A stretch of 64,000 nucleotides of DNA from Thermoplasmata archaeon (GCA_035507575.1 DATJNY010000063.1:55-64054), one strand, 5' to 3'. Shown: positions 17,620-26,895, counted from the first letter of the stretch. The notes: generated by a model not told the origin, from the sequence alone. Program-made: numbers and translations.

Positions 17620-19278
17620 TTGACCGCTGCGACGAGTACCGAGCAAGCCACCGCGTCAGTGAATCTCCCTGCGGCCGAGTCGGTGCGACGCGAGGTGAGC
17701 AGCACCGACCTCTACGTCCGGCAATCGTCCGGTCTCGTCCGCACCGTCGGTCCCCGGACCGCGCTGTTCGCCAATCTCGTCGCGATGGGGATCATCGTGA
17801 ACTACTTCTGGATCGTCTACGCGTCGGCCGGGTACCCCAACGCGAACCTGATCACCACCGTCGCGATCGGCGTGCTGATCAACGTCGGGGTCGGCTACGT
17901 CTACTGGATGCTCTCGAGCGCGATGCCGCGCTCCGGCGGAGACTATGTCTTCATGGGGCGGATCTTCCACCCCAGCATCGGGCTTGGGACGAACCTGCTC
18001 TTCTCGGTCGTGTTCATTTCGTGGGCCGGACTGTTCGCCTGGTACATCGCGACGACCGGCCTCCCCATGATGGCCGCGAGCTATGCCGTCGCGACCAACA
18101 CCGCGATGCCGGCATGGGTCACCACGCTCACCTCGAGCACCACGAACATCTTCCTCGTCGGCGCCGCCGTGCTCGTCCTCGTGTTGCTCATCAGCCTCCT
18201 GCCGACCAAGTGGGTCTTCCGGGCCACGGTCGGGATCTTCGTCCTCACCGCGATCATCTACGTGATCATGATCGGCCTGATGCTCGTCACGCCGCAGTCG
18301 ACGTTCGCCAATCACTGGAACGCGCTCAACCCGACGAGCCAGTCGTACGCGACCCTGGCGGCGAGCGGCGCGAGCGTCGACGCGATCACCCTCTCGGGCA
18401 CGTTCCTCGGCATCGTCTACACCATGCTGAGCTTCATCGGCTACGCGAACAGCTCGTACTTCGCGGGGGAGATCCGCGGAAGCCCGACCCGAACGCAGGG
18501 GCTCGCGATCTTCGGGGCTCCCCTCATCTTCGCGGCGCTGATCGGCGCACTGTACGCGGGTTGCTACTACACGTTCGGTCGCGATTTCATCGTCGGGGTG
18601 AGCCAGGGGTACATCGGTGGGACCGTTTCCCTCAACGCCCTCCCCTCCCCGCTCTTCCTCGCCGCCTTCCTCACGACCAACGGCTACCTCGCCGCCTTCC
18701 TGTCGTTCGGGCTCACGCTCACGTTCTTCGGGTTCGCCTTCATCTACTTCATCATCCCGACCCGGAACCTGTTCGCCTGGTCGTTCGACCGGATCCTCCC
18801 GGCGTTCTTCACCCGGGTCTCGAGCGGGGGCGTCCCGTTCGTCGCGGTCGGTATCCTCTTCGTCTCGGCGCTGATCTCGCTGTACGTCGCGACGTACACG
18901 ACCCTGTTCACCTACCTGACGTACTCGAACTTCGGGTTCTGGCTCGCGGTCGGGATCGTCTGCCTCGGCGGAGCGCTGTTCCCGTTCCTGCGTCCGAAGT
19001 TGTTCGCGCAGGCGCCCCGGGTCGTCCAGGCGAAGATCGGACCGATCCCGATCCTCACCGTCGTCGGGATCGCCTCCTGGATCGCGGCGTGGTTCGTCAG
19101 CTACGCCGCGTCGACGGCCCAGTACCTCGAGATCTCGGGACCGTATCCGTACTCGTACCTGATCTTCCTGCCGGTGGTCTTCGTGATCGGGGTCGTGCTC
19201 TACTTCGTCTCCTACGCCATCCAGCGGGCCCGCGGCGTCCCGGTGGATCTGATCAGCAAGGAGCTGCCCCCGGATTGA
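17620..19278 (+). CDS. APC-superfamily amino acid/polyamine permease
   Basis: About 12 hydrophobic segments. 'MPRSGGDYVF' APC signature. TTG start is uncertain. Confidence 0.75.
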   Translation: MTAATSTEQATASVNLPAAESVRREVSSTDLYVRQSSGLVRTVGPRTALFANLVAMGIIVNYFWIVYASAGYPNANLITTVAIGVLINVGVGYVYWMLSSAMPRSGGDYVFMGRIFHPSIGLGTNLLFSVVFISWAGLFAWYIATTGLPMMAASYAVATNTAMPAWVTTLTSSTTNIFLVGAAVLVLVLLISLLPTKWVFRATVGIFVLTAIIYVIMIGLMLVTPQSTFANHWNALNPTSQSYATLAASGASVDAITLSGTFLGIVYTMLSFIGYANSSYFAGEIRGSPTRTQGLAIFGAPLIFAALIGALYAGCYYTFGRDFIVGVSQGYIGGTVSLNALPSPLFLAAFLTTNGYLAAFLSFGLTLTFFGFAFIYFIIPTRNLFAWSFDRILPAFFTRVSSGGVPFVAVGILFVSALISLYVATYTTLFTYLTYSNFGFWLAVGIVCLGGALFPFLRPKLFAQAPRVVQAKIGPIPILTVVGIASWIAAWFVSYAASTAQYLEISGPYPYSYLIFLPVVFVIGVVLYFVSYAIQRARGVPVDLISKELPPD

Positions 19279-19328
19279 ACGGGGCGACGGGGGCTCCTTA
19301 AGGGAGCCCGCCGGCTCCCCCGGAGCGG

Positions 19329-20360
19329 ATGGGCGAGGTCGTCGACCTGGTCATCGACGCCCGCCGCGGCGAGAAGATCTCGCTCGAGCTGCCCCTTTCG
19401 CTGCGGACGCCCCCCGAGAGCGCGCGCGAGGAGCTCGGCCTTCCCGAGTGGGTCGACGTGCGGGACCCGATCGTCGCGCGGGGACTCCTGCTGCTCCGGG
19501 CGGCCCGCCGGGCGAGCCCCGCACCGGCCCTCGCGATCCTCGGCGGCGTGGCGAACCGCATGCGATGCCCGACGAGCAACGCGCCGACGAGCCCGCTGCG
19601 GCGCTCGCTCCACGACCTCGACCTTGCCTGCCTGCACAAGGAGCTGCGCACGGTCCGGGCCTTCCTCGAGTCGCTCCACGAACGCGAGGGCAGCGGGCTC
19701 CGGGTCTTCGAGACCGCGGGCGACCAGATCTTCAATTCGCTCAGCGAAGGGCGGCGCCTGCGGTTCCACATGGTCCTCGGGCAGCAGGGCTCCGGCATCT
19801 CGCTCGGCTCCATCGACCTCCTGGCGGACGAGTTCCGATTCTGCCACCGGTTCGACCTTCGGGAGGATGTCGCGTCGGCCGCGCGCCAGCACGGCACGCT
19901 GAGCCTGCCGCTCCTCCTGCTCGCGAAGCTCCAGTACATCCAGCGGGTTCCGAAGGAGTCGGCGGGCCCGGTCGCCGAGCGCGTCCTCGAGCCGTTCGGC
20001 CGATCCGACGTCCTGATCGGGCCGGAGGCGAAGGACGTCCAGGACGTGCTCGCGCTCCTCATCGATCACCCGCTCGACGAGTCGGCGGGGGGGATCTCAC
20101 CCTCCCGCCTGATCGCCGTGCTGGGGAAGGACTGGGGGCTGTGGAAGACCGTCGGACTCAACGTCGCGACGATCCGCCGGTCGCCGATCCTCCTCGGCCT
20201 TCCCGAGAGCCTCCGCGCCACGGCCTTCGCGCAGCTGGAGGCGGTGGCGGAGCTCCTGGACGGGCTCTCTCCCAAGCGCCGCCTCGCCTTCCTGGGCGGC
20301 GAGTGGTGGGAGGAGGTCGACGCCCAGCCCTCGGTCGACGTCACCGCGCGGGCGGGCTAG
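19329..20360 (+). CDS. Hypothetical protein, possible minimal nucleotidyltransferase fold
   Basis: High-GC3 ORF with a non-artefactual composition. 'ILGGVANR..(15)..HDLDLAC' resembles the hG[GS]-x(n)-DhD NTase motif. No family recognised with certainty. Confidence 0.5.
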   Translation: MGEVVDLVIDARRGEKISLELPLSLRTPPESAREELGLPEWVDVRDPIVARGLLLLRAARRASPAPALAILGGVANRMRCPTSNAPTSPLRRSLHDLDLACLHKELRTVRAFLESLHEREGSGLRVFETAGDQIFNSLSEGRRLRFHMVLGQQGSGISLGSIDLLADEFRFCHRFDLREDVASAARQHGTLSLPLLLLAKLQYIQRVPKESAGPVAERVLEPFGRSDVLIGPEAKDVQDVLALLIDHPLDESAGGISPSRLIAVLGKDWGLWKTVGLNVATIRRSPILLGLPESLRATAFAQLEAVAELLDGLSPKRRLAFLGGEWWEEVDAQPSVDVTARAG

Positions 20361-20366
20361 CGGTCG

Positions 20367-21362
20367 TCAGCCGCTCGTGAGCACGGCGGAGCGCACCCCA
20401 TCCTTCCCGAGATCGACCAGGGCGCCGAGGAGCGCGCCTTCCGCGTAGGCGCTTCCGCAGTTCATCGAGATCGTTCGCCCGAACGTCGTGCTCCCGCGCG
20501 ACTCATGGATGTGTCCGTGGAGGCCGAGGAGCGGGTGGTGCCGTTCGAGCGCCGCGCGGACCGCGGAACTTCCGACGTGGATCAGGTCCGCCTCGCCGCC
20601 CGGCGCCATGACCTTGGTCAACGCCGGGTCGAGCCGCGGGGCGAGATCGAGCGGCGTCCCCCGGGGCGGGACGTGGGCGTTCAGCACGGCCGTTTCGGGA
20701 TGCTCCAGCTGCGCGAAGCGCGGCTCGAGGTAGGCCGTGATCGCCTCCTCGGCGAGCTCCCGGTGCGTGTGCCAGGGGGTCGGGTTGCTGTACGGCAGGG
20801 TCAGGAGCTCGTGATGGTCGTCGAGACGGAGGATCTCGAGGTCGGTGAGCTCGGCGAGCTCGTCCTCGGAGATCACGCGCTCCATGGAGGAGAGGTCGTC
20901 GTTGCCCAGACCGATGAGGAGGCGCGTCGGAGTTCCGGCGAGCCGTGGGCCGGCCCACGCGAGCCACCGGCCGAGCTCGTCACTCGCCCGTTCTTCGAAC
21001 AGCGCGTCGAGCGCGCCCGGTCGGGCCTGGAGTTCCTCCCATTCCGAGACCGTCGTGCGGAACGGGATCGTCGCACTGTCCCGCAGGGACGTCTCGAGTT
21101 GGTCGAGCTCCGTGGGCGACGCGGCGGTCCGGGTGCTCCCGTTGAGCTTCGCGGTCCAGGTTCCCCGCGCTTCGAGGATCGGCGTGAGGGTCTTCGCCGC
21201 GACATCCCCCCCGACCAGGAGGACGTCGGCCCGGTAGACCTTGGCCGCGTTGATGAACTTCCGCCAGCATACCGCCGACCCGTGCACATCCGCGACGAAG
21301 AAGATCCGGGTCGGCCCTACCACGCGAGATCCCTGCGCCCGCCCGAGTCCGGTCGGAGCCAA
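20367..21362 (-). CDS. Metallophosphoesterase (calcineurin-like)
   Basis: Ordered motifs 'FFVADVHGS', 'LLVGGDV', 'GLGNDD', 'LNAHVPP' and 'GLHGHIHES'. Confidence 0.8.
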   Translation of the reverse strand: MAPTGLGRAQGSRVVGPTRIFFVADVHGSAVCWRKFINAAKVYRADVLLVGGDVAAKTLTPILEARGTWTAKLNGSTRTAASPTELDQLETSLRDSATIPFRTTVSEWEELQARPGALDALFEERASDELGRWLAWAGPRLAGTPTRLLIGLGNDDLSSMERVISEDELAELTDLEILRLDDHHELLTLPYSNPTPWHTHRELAEEAITAYLEPRFAQLEHPETAVLNAHVPPRGTPLDLAPRLDPALTKVMAPGGEADLIHVGSSAVRAALERHHPLLGLHGHIHESRGSTTFGRTISMNCGSAYAEGALLGALVDLGKDGVRSAVLTSG

Positions 21363-21451
21363 AAGGGTGCCGGCGCTCGGGAAGCGAAGTTCCCTCGGCG
21401 GAATTCCCGCCGAGGGGGATGAAGAGGTTCGGTGCGCGAGGAGCGTCTCGG

Positions 21452-23119
21452 CTAGTCTTCGCCGAAGTCGCCGCCCATTCCGCCCATGCCACCCATGCCG
21501 CCGGGTCCGCCCGGTCCACCGGGGCCGCCGGACGGCGGCGGGCTCGACTTGGACGCGATGACGTCGTCGATCCGCAGGATCATCACGGCGGCGTCCGTGG
21601 CGCTCTCGATCGCCTGGCGCCCGACGCGGATCGGCTCGATGACGTGGAGGTGGCTCATGTCATCGACCTTGCCGGACGTGACGTTCACCCCCGCGCTCTT
21701 CTGGCCGCCCTTGTGGGCCTTGCGCAGCTCGATCAGGATGTCGATCGGATCCAGCCCGGCGTTCTCCGCGAGGGTCCGGGGGATCGTCTCGAGGGCCTCC
21801 GCGAAGCTCTCGAACGCGATCTGCTCGCGCCCGCCGATCTTCGCCGCCTCGTCCCGTAGCTGCAGCGCGAGCTCGCTCGCGGTCGCGCCGCCGCCGATGA
21901 CGTACTTGCCGTCCTCGACCGCCACCGCGACCACGTTCAGGGCGTCGTCGAGCGATCGCTCGATCTCGTCGAGCACGTGCTCGGTGCCGCCGCGCATCAG
22001 GATCGAGACCGCGCGCGCCTTCTTGGCGCCCGTCACGAAGGTGAGCGCGTCGTCGCCGATCTTCCGCTCTTCGACCAGGCCGGCCGTGCCGACGTCCTGC
22101 GGGGTGAGCTCGCTGACCTTCGAGACGATGTTCGCCCCGATCGCCTTCGCGAGCTTCTCCATGTCGGACTTCTTGACGCGCCGGACCGCGTAGATGCCGT
22201 CCTTCGCGAGGTAGTGCTGGGCGAGGTCGTCGATCCCCTTCTGGCAGAGGACGACGTTCGCGCCGGACTTCTTGACCTGGTCGACCATCCGCCGCAGCAT
22301 GTTCTCCTCCTCCTGGAGGAAGGCGTTCAGCTGGGAGGGGTCGTTGATCTCGATCTTCGCATCGATCTCGGTCTTCTTGATCTCGAGCGCCGCATCGAGG
22401 AGCGCGATCTTCGGGTTCTCGACCCGCGTCGGCATCCCGGAGTGGACCTTCTCCTTGTCCACGATCACGCCTTCGATCAGCTGGGTGTCCGCGATCTGGC
22501 CCCCCTGCTTCTTGATCAGCTGGATGTTGTCGAGATCGACGTAGTAGCCCTCGCCCTTCTTCTCGGCGACGGCGGTGACCGCCTTGACCGCGATCTCGCC
22601 GAGGAGGTCCCGGTTGAAGGAGACCGACTTCGACGCCATCGAGGTGTTCGCGATCCGCAGCAGGGTCTCATGGTCCCCGATCCCCACCGGGTGGCTGACG
22701 TGGTCGAGGATCGTCAGCGCCTTCGTGGAGGCCAGCCGGTAGCCTTGGGAGATGATCGTGGGGTGGATGTTCTGCTCGATGAGCGACTCGGCTCGCTTGA
22801 GGAGTTCCCCGGCGAGCACGACGGCCGTGGTGGTTCCGTCGCCCGCTTCCTGGTCCTGGGTCTTCGCGACCTCGACCAGCATCTTCGCGGCGGGATGCTC
22901 GACATCCATCTCCTTCAGGATGGTCACGCCGTCGTTCGTGACGACGACGTCGCCCATCGAGTCGACGAGCATCTTGTCGAGCCCGCGCGGCCCGAGGGTC
23001 GACCGGACCGCGTCGGCGATCGCCTTCGCGGCCTGGATGTTGTTGTTGAGCGCCCCGCGCCCCTTCTCCCGCTTCGTCCCTTCTCGCAGCACCAGAATCG
23101 GCGTGTTCCCAGCCATCAT
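21452..23119 (-). CDS. ths: Thermosome subunit (group II chaperonin)
   Basis: '[25 protein letters not shown]', '[15 protein letters not shown]', 'VAGGGA'-type motif '[10 protein letters not shown]' and a C-terminal GGP/GGM repeat tail. Confidence 0.95.
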   Translation of the reverse strand: MMAGNTPILVLREGTKREKGRGALNNNIQAAKAIADAVRSTLGPRGLDKMLVDSMGDVVVTNDGVTILKEMDVEHPAAKMLVEVAKTQDQEAGDGTTTAVVLAGELLKRAESLIEQNIHPTIISQGYRLASTKALTILDHVSHPVGIGDHETLLRIANTSMASKSVSFNRDLLGEIAVKAVTAVAEKKGEGYYVDLDNIQLIKKQGGQIADTQLIEGVIVDKEKVHSGMPTRVENPKIALLDAALEIKKTEIDAKIEINDPSQLNAFLQEEENMLRRMVDQVKKSGANVVLCQKGIDDLAQHYLAKDGIYAVRRVKKSDMEKLAKAIGANIVSKVSELTPQDVGTAGLVEERKIGDDALTFVTGAKKARAVSILMRGGTEHVLDEIERSLDDALNVVAVAVEDGKYVIGGGATASELALQLRDEAAKIGGREQIAFESFAEALETIPRTLAENAGLDPIDILIELRKAHKGGQKSAGVNVTSGKVDDMSHLHVIEPIRVGRQAIESATDAAVMILRIDDVIASKSSPPPSGGPGGPGGPGGMGGMGGMGGDFGED

Positions 23120-23130
23120 AGTCTTGAGGT

Positions 23131-23146
23131 CCGAGAGTACTCTCGG
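23131..23146. promoter_or_regulatory. Perfect 16-bp palindrome CCGAGAGTACTCTCGG (candidate operator or leader hairpin)
   Basis: Self-complementary sequence read directly. It lies between the TATA box and the ths ATG, 12-27 nt upstream of the start codon. Confidence 0.5.
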
Positions 23147-23173
23147 CTACCAGTTTCGGTCAGAAAGCCCTTC

Positions 23174-23182
23174 TATTTAAAA
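23174..23182 (-). promoter_or_regulatory. TATA box (TTTTAAATA) of the thermosome gene
   Basis: A/T island about 55-60 nt upstream of the ths ATG. Quasi-symmetric, so it could also serve the divergent MFS gene. Confidence 0.5.
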
Positions 23183-23288
23183 CCGACCAGCCCCGTTCGG
23201 CGGACCCTCCCCACGCCCCGGGGCCTCGAGCCGCTCGGGCGGCCGACTGATAAGGCCGTCCTAAGTGGGGCGGCCGCGTCATTCCCCC

Positions 23289-24608
23289 ATGAATCCGACC
23301 AGCTACCAGGAACTGTTCCGGAACCGGAACTATCTGCGCGTCTTCGGCGCGGGCCTGGGCTCGATCGCCGGCTCCGCGATCGCGAGCGTCTGCATCGTTT
23401 GGATCACCGCGAGCGTGACGGGCTCGCCGTTCGACGTGGCCCTCCTCGCGATCGCCCAGCTCATCCCGGCGATCGTCTTCAGCACGCTCGGCGGCACCCT
23501 CGTCGATCGCTACAACCGGCGGCGCCTGATGGTGATCTCCGATCTGGCGCGCGGCGGCGCGCTCGCCTTCGCCGCGATCGTACTCGCCGTCTACGGGTTC
23601 AACCTCCCCGTCCTCCTCTTCGCGTCCGTGGTCCTGGGGGCCTTCACGGTCCTGTTCAACCCGGCCGAGCAGGCGATCGTGCCGGCGCTCGTCCCGGCCC
23701 CGCAGGTCGCCGACGCGAATGGGCTCATCCGCTCCAGCCGCTCGTCGCTCCAGTTCGTCGGGGTGGCGATCGGCGGCGTGCTCGTCGTCGTGGTCGGCCC
23801 GGTCTGGGGGATCGCCGCCAACGCCGCGACCTTCGCCCTCTCGGCGAGCCTCCTCACGGGCCTCGCCGTTTCCGATCGGCTCGCCTCGCCGCGGGCGCTC
23901 GAAGAGAAGGAGAGCTACTTCGCGGAGCTGCGGGCCGGATTCGCGTGGCTGTACGCTGCGAAGGGCTTCTTCCAGCTGACGATCTCCGCGCTCTTCTTCA
24001 ACTTCGCCTCGACCCTGATCGCGACGTTCGTCGTCTTCTACGCGACCTACGTGCTGCACGGTTCGGCGCTCGTCTACTCCGGCCTGCTCGCCGCCGAGGT
24101 GGCGGGGACCGCCCTCGGCTCGCTGCTCGTAGGCCGGCTCGGCGCCGCGCGATACGCGGGCAAGGCCTGGGTGGTGCCGTACGGGGCCGTCTCGGGGGGC
24201 GTGGCCCTCGCGCTGGCCCTGGTTCCCAACGTTCCCGTATCGATCGTGACGTTCTTCACGCTCGGCCTGCTGGCCGGATTCGCCGGAACCGCCTGGCTCA
24301 CCGCGGCCCAGCTCCTGGTCCCAACGGGGATGCAGGGTCGGTACTTCGGGGTGGACGCCCTCGGCAGCGCCGCCATCCTCCCGGCGGCGGAACTCATCGG
24401 CGCCTTCCTGATCGGGCTGTTCGGCGTCGACTCCTTCGGCGTGCGGACGACGTTCCTCATCGCCGCGATCGTCTGGATCGTGGTCGGCGTGGCATTCCTC
24501 GTCCCGCGGGCACTATGGAACCTGAGCGTCCCCGCGGGCGCTACGTCCCGTAGCGCCGACGACGAAGCTGGAACGCCCGGATCGCCCGGAGGAAGTCGAG
24601 TCGGGTGA
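23289..24608 (+). CDS. MFS transporter
   Basis: About 12 hydrophobic segments. 'GGTLVDRYNRRRLM' MFS loop 2-3 motif. Start trimmed to the ATG at 23289. Confidence 0.75.
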   Translation: MNPTSYQELFRNRNYLRVFGAGLGSIAGSAIASVCIVWITASVTGSPFDVALLAIAQLIPAIVFSTLGGTLVDRYNRRRLMVISDLARGGALAFAAIVLAVYGFNLPVLLFASVVLGAFTVLFNPAEQAIVPALVPAPQVADANGLIRSSRSSLQFVGVAIGGVLVVVVGPVWGIAANAATFALSASLLTGLAVSDRLASPRALEEKESYFAELRAGFAWLYAAKGFFQLTISALFFNFASTLIATFVVFYATYVLHGSALVYSGLLAAEVAGTALGSLLVGRLGAARYAGKAWVVPYGAVSGGVALALALVPNVPVSIVTFFTLGLLAGFAGTAWLTAAQLLVPTGMQGRYFGVDALGSAAILPAAELIGAFLIGLFGVDSFGVRTTFLIAAIVWIVVGVAFLVPRALWNLSVPAGATSRSADDEAGTPGSPGGSRVG

Positions 24609-25374
24609 GCCCGGGCCACATCACGTCCGAGAAGTAGAGCTCCGCGTAGGCGGATTGCCAGAGAAGGAAGTTCGAGATCCGCTCCTCCCCGCTCGTCCGG
24701 AAGATCAGGTCGGGATCCGGAAGGTCCCGAGTGTACAGATGGCGCGAGACCGCGCCGGAATCGATCTCCTCGGGCAGGATCGTCCCGTCCCGAACCTCGC
24801 GCGCGAGGGTCCGGATCGCCTCCACGATCTCGTCGCGGCCCCCGTACGCCAGGGCCACGTTGTACTGGTAGGCGGAGTAGTCTCGCGTCGCGCGCTCCGC
24901 GATCTCGATCGCCTCCTGGACGCGCGCGGGAAGCGCCGCCCGGTTCCCGATGACCCGGACCCGGATCTGATGGCGGTGGACCCGCGCGTCGGTCGCGATG
25001 TCGCGGAGCGCCCGGTCGAAGAGGTCCATCAGCCCCTCGAGCTCCTCGGAGGAGCGGGAGAGGTTCTCCGTGGAGAGCGCGTAGACGGTCAGGATCTTGA
25101 TCTGGAGGTCGAGGCACCAGTCCAGGAGCTCCTCGAGCGTGTCCCGTCCGGCGGCGTGGCCGTCGTTCACGCCGATCCCATGCGCGCCGGCGAACCGTCG
25201 GTTGCCGTCCATGATGATCGCGAGGTGGTTCGGCACCGGTTCGGCCCGGACGAGCTCGGCAAGCCGCTTTTCGGTGAGGTCGCGCAGCGTGTCGCCGACG
25301 ATGTGCGAGAGGTACGGCGAGGATCGGTCCTTCCGGGCCGTCTTCTCGGGGGCCACGACCGAGAGAGGCGGCAC
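24541..25374 (-). CDS. uppS: cis-Prenyltransferase (undecaprenyl-diphosphate synthase family)
   Basis: 'HLAIIMDGNRRFA', 'YALSTENLSR', 'ALAYGGRDEI', 'DLIFRTSGEERISNFLLWQSAYAELYF'. GTG start. Confidence 0.9.
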   Translation of the reverse strand: MPPLSVVAPEKTARKDRSSPYLSHIVGDTLRDLTEKRLAELVRAEPVPNHLAIIMDGNRRFAGAHGIGVNDGHAAGRDTLEELLDWCLDLQIKILTVYALSTENLSRSSEELEGLMDLFDRALRDIATDARVHRHQIRVRVIGNRAALPARVQEAIEIAERATRDYSAYQYNVALAYGGRDEIVEAIRTLAREVRDGTILPEEIDSGAVSRHLYTRDLPDPDLIFRTSGEERISNFLLWQSAYAELYFSDVMWPGLTRLDFLRAIRAFQLRRRRYGT

Positions 25375-25573
25375 CGCGCATAAGGCGTCGGGGCCGCCGC
25401 GGGAAGCGGCCCACCCCCGGGAGGGGGAGGCGCCCTGGTCGGGAGTTCCGGCCGGAGGGGGCGGGCCCCTCCGCTCGTTCGAACCCGAGTCGCAGGCTCG
25501 ACAGACCTACATCCTAGACCGCTAGACTACCAGGGCAACCCCGCGCACCTAGCCGCCGCACGCTATGAAACTT

Positions 25574-25635
25574 GCCGCCGCGCGCCCGCGCCGGCGCGCC
25601 CGCGCTCGCGCCCGGGCGCGCGCGCTGCGCGCGCG
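25574..25635. repeat. Near-pure G+C low-complexity tract containing the palindrome CGCGCCCGGGCGCG
   Basis: 62 nt with only two T. The 14-nt perfect palindrome lies at 25607-25620. Located in the 368-nt intergenic spacer upstream of uppS. Confidence 0.5.
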
Positions 25636-25691
25636 TTCGACCGGCGGCCGAAGGCCGGTGCGGGAGACCGATGCTGCGAGTCGAAGTTCCG

Positions 25692-25698
25692 ATTTATG
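25692..25698 (+). promoter_or_regulatory. TATA-like box (ATTTATG) upstream of the 50-aa TM ORF
   Basis: A/T island about 45 nt upstream of the ATG at 25743. Confidence 0.3.
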
Positions 25699-25742
25699 TA
25701 CGCGAGCGGGGAGATGGGCGATCGGGTACGCGGAGGTCGACA

Positions 25743-25895
25743 ATGACCGCGATGATGAGCTGGTTTCTCGTGGTGATCGGGGTGATGGGGCTCGTCCTGG
25801 CCCTCCACCATCTCGGCGTGGACGTGATGGCGACGATCGGCAATCTGCTGCACGGGACCGAGCACTTCCTCGGTCGACCGCTGATCACGTTCTAG
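25743..25895 (+). CDS. Hypothetical 50-aa single-TM protein
   Basis: 'MTAMMSWFLVVIGVMGLVLALHHLG'. High GC3. A/T-rich box about 45 nt upstream. No homology recognised. Confidence 0.4.
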   Translation: MTAMMSWFLVVIGVMGLVLALHHLGVDVMATIGNLLHGTEHFLGRPLITF

Positions 25896-26892
25896 CGCGG
25901 GGTCGTCGCGCGCGGCGCGCGAGCGTCCGGGCGAGGTCGGCCGGTCGGACCACTCCCCCCGGAGTGACGAACGCGGTGACGTACCGGGCCGGGGTCACGT
26001 CGAACGCCGGGTTTCGAGCCCTCGAGCGCATCGGGGTCGTGCGGCGTCCGCCGAACCCGAGCACTTCTTCCTCGGCCCGCTCCTCGACCGGGATCGCCGC
26101 TCCGGTGCGACGCCCCGTGTCGAACGTGCTCCACGGGGCGGCCACATAGAACGGAACGCCGTTCTCCCGCGCGACCACCGCCTTCTCGTACGTGCCGATC
26201 TTGTTCGCGAAGTCGCCGTTGCGCGCGATGCGGTCGGCTCCCACGACCACCGCGTCGACCTGGCCGGTACGGAAGAAGTGCCCCGCCGCGTTGTCCGCGA
26301 TGACCGCATGCGGGATCCGTTCGCGAGCGAGCTCCCAGGCGGTCAGGCGGGCGCCCTGGAGCAGCGGCCGCGTCTCGTCGACCCAGACGAAAAGCGGCGT
26401 TCCCTGCTCCCGGGCGACGCGGATCGGCGCGAGCGCAGTGCCCCACTCCACGGTGGCGAGCGCCCCGGCGTTGCAGTGCGTGAGCACCCGACGGGCCCGC
26501 CGCAGGAGCGGCGCGCCCTCGATACCGATGCGGTGGCACTCCTCCACGATCATCGCTCGGTAGGCCTCCGCGGCCGCTTCGGGGTCGCGACCGGCCGCCC
26601 AGGCGGTGCGGACCGTCTCGATCCCGACGAACAGGTCGACCGCGGTCGGGCGGGTCTTCCGGAGCGCGGCCGCGGCGGACGCGGGAGTGTAGCGACCCTC
26701 GCGGTAGCCGAGCAGCATGCCATACGCCGCGGCGACGCCGATCGCCGGCGCGCCTCGAACGGCCATCGACCGGATCGCCTCCGCCGTCTCCGCGAGGGTG
26801 CGCAACCGCCGGACGACGGTACGACCCGGGAGGACGCGCTGGTCCAGCAGGAAGAGGGTGCCGTTGCGGTACCACAGCGCTCGAACCGGCAT
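25885..26892 (-). CDS. mtnA: S-methyl-5-thioribose-1-phosphate isomerase / eIF-2B alpha-beta-delta family
   Basis: 'ALWYRNGTLFLLDQRVLP', 'AIRSMAVRGAPAIGVAAAYG', 'THCNAGALAT', 'VVVGADRIARNGDFANKIGTY'. Confidence 0.8.
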   Translation of the reverse strand: MPVRALWYRNGTLFLLDQRVLPGRTVVRRLRTLAETAEAIRSMAVRGAPAIGVAAAYGMLLGYREGRYTPASAAAALRKTRPTAVDLFVGIETVRTAWAAGRDPEAAAEAYRAMIVEECHRIGIEGAPLLRRARRVLTHCNAGALATVEWGTALAPIRVAREQGTPLFVWVDETRPLLQGARLTAWELARERIPHAVIADNAAGHFFRTGQVDAVVVGADRIARNGDFANKIGTYEKAVVARENGVPFYVAAPWSTFDTGRRTGAAIPVEERAEEEVLGFGGRRTTPMRSRARNPAFDVTPARYVTAFVTPGGVVRPADLARTLARRARRPRART

Positions 26893-26895
26893 CGC

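Noticed and set aside
21455-21530. Short tandem repeats (GGTCCGCCC / ATGCCACCC-like) that could be mistaken for a repeat array
   Set aside because: They encode the C-terminal GGP/GGM repeat tail of the thermosome subunit, a known feature of chaperonin C-termini. This is not a CRISPR or non-coding repeat.
21977-24553. 858-aa plus-strand ORF spanning the thermosome (antisense) and the MFS gene (out of frame)
   Set aside because: Low-complexity Arg/Asp/Leu/Gly composition. The thermosome and MFS frames carry the recognisable motifs.
25466-25490. tRNA-like T-loop sequence (GTTCGAACC). A similar GTTCGAAT occurs at about 12045-12052.
   Set aside because: No 5-bp T-stem with a 7-nt loop can be formed, and no matching acceptor stem, D-arm or anticodon arm is found at the correct spacing. 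I found no tRNA in the window by eye.
25375-25742. Possible SRP RNA or RNase P RNA in the long uppS upstream spacer
   Set aside because: I could not find the conserved helix-8 GNAR-loop/AGCA-type SRP motifs or the RNase P 'GAGGAAAGUCC'-type core. The region is kept only as an unexplained structured spacer in the findings.
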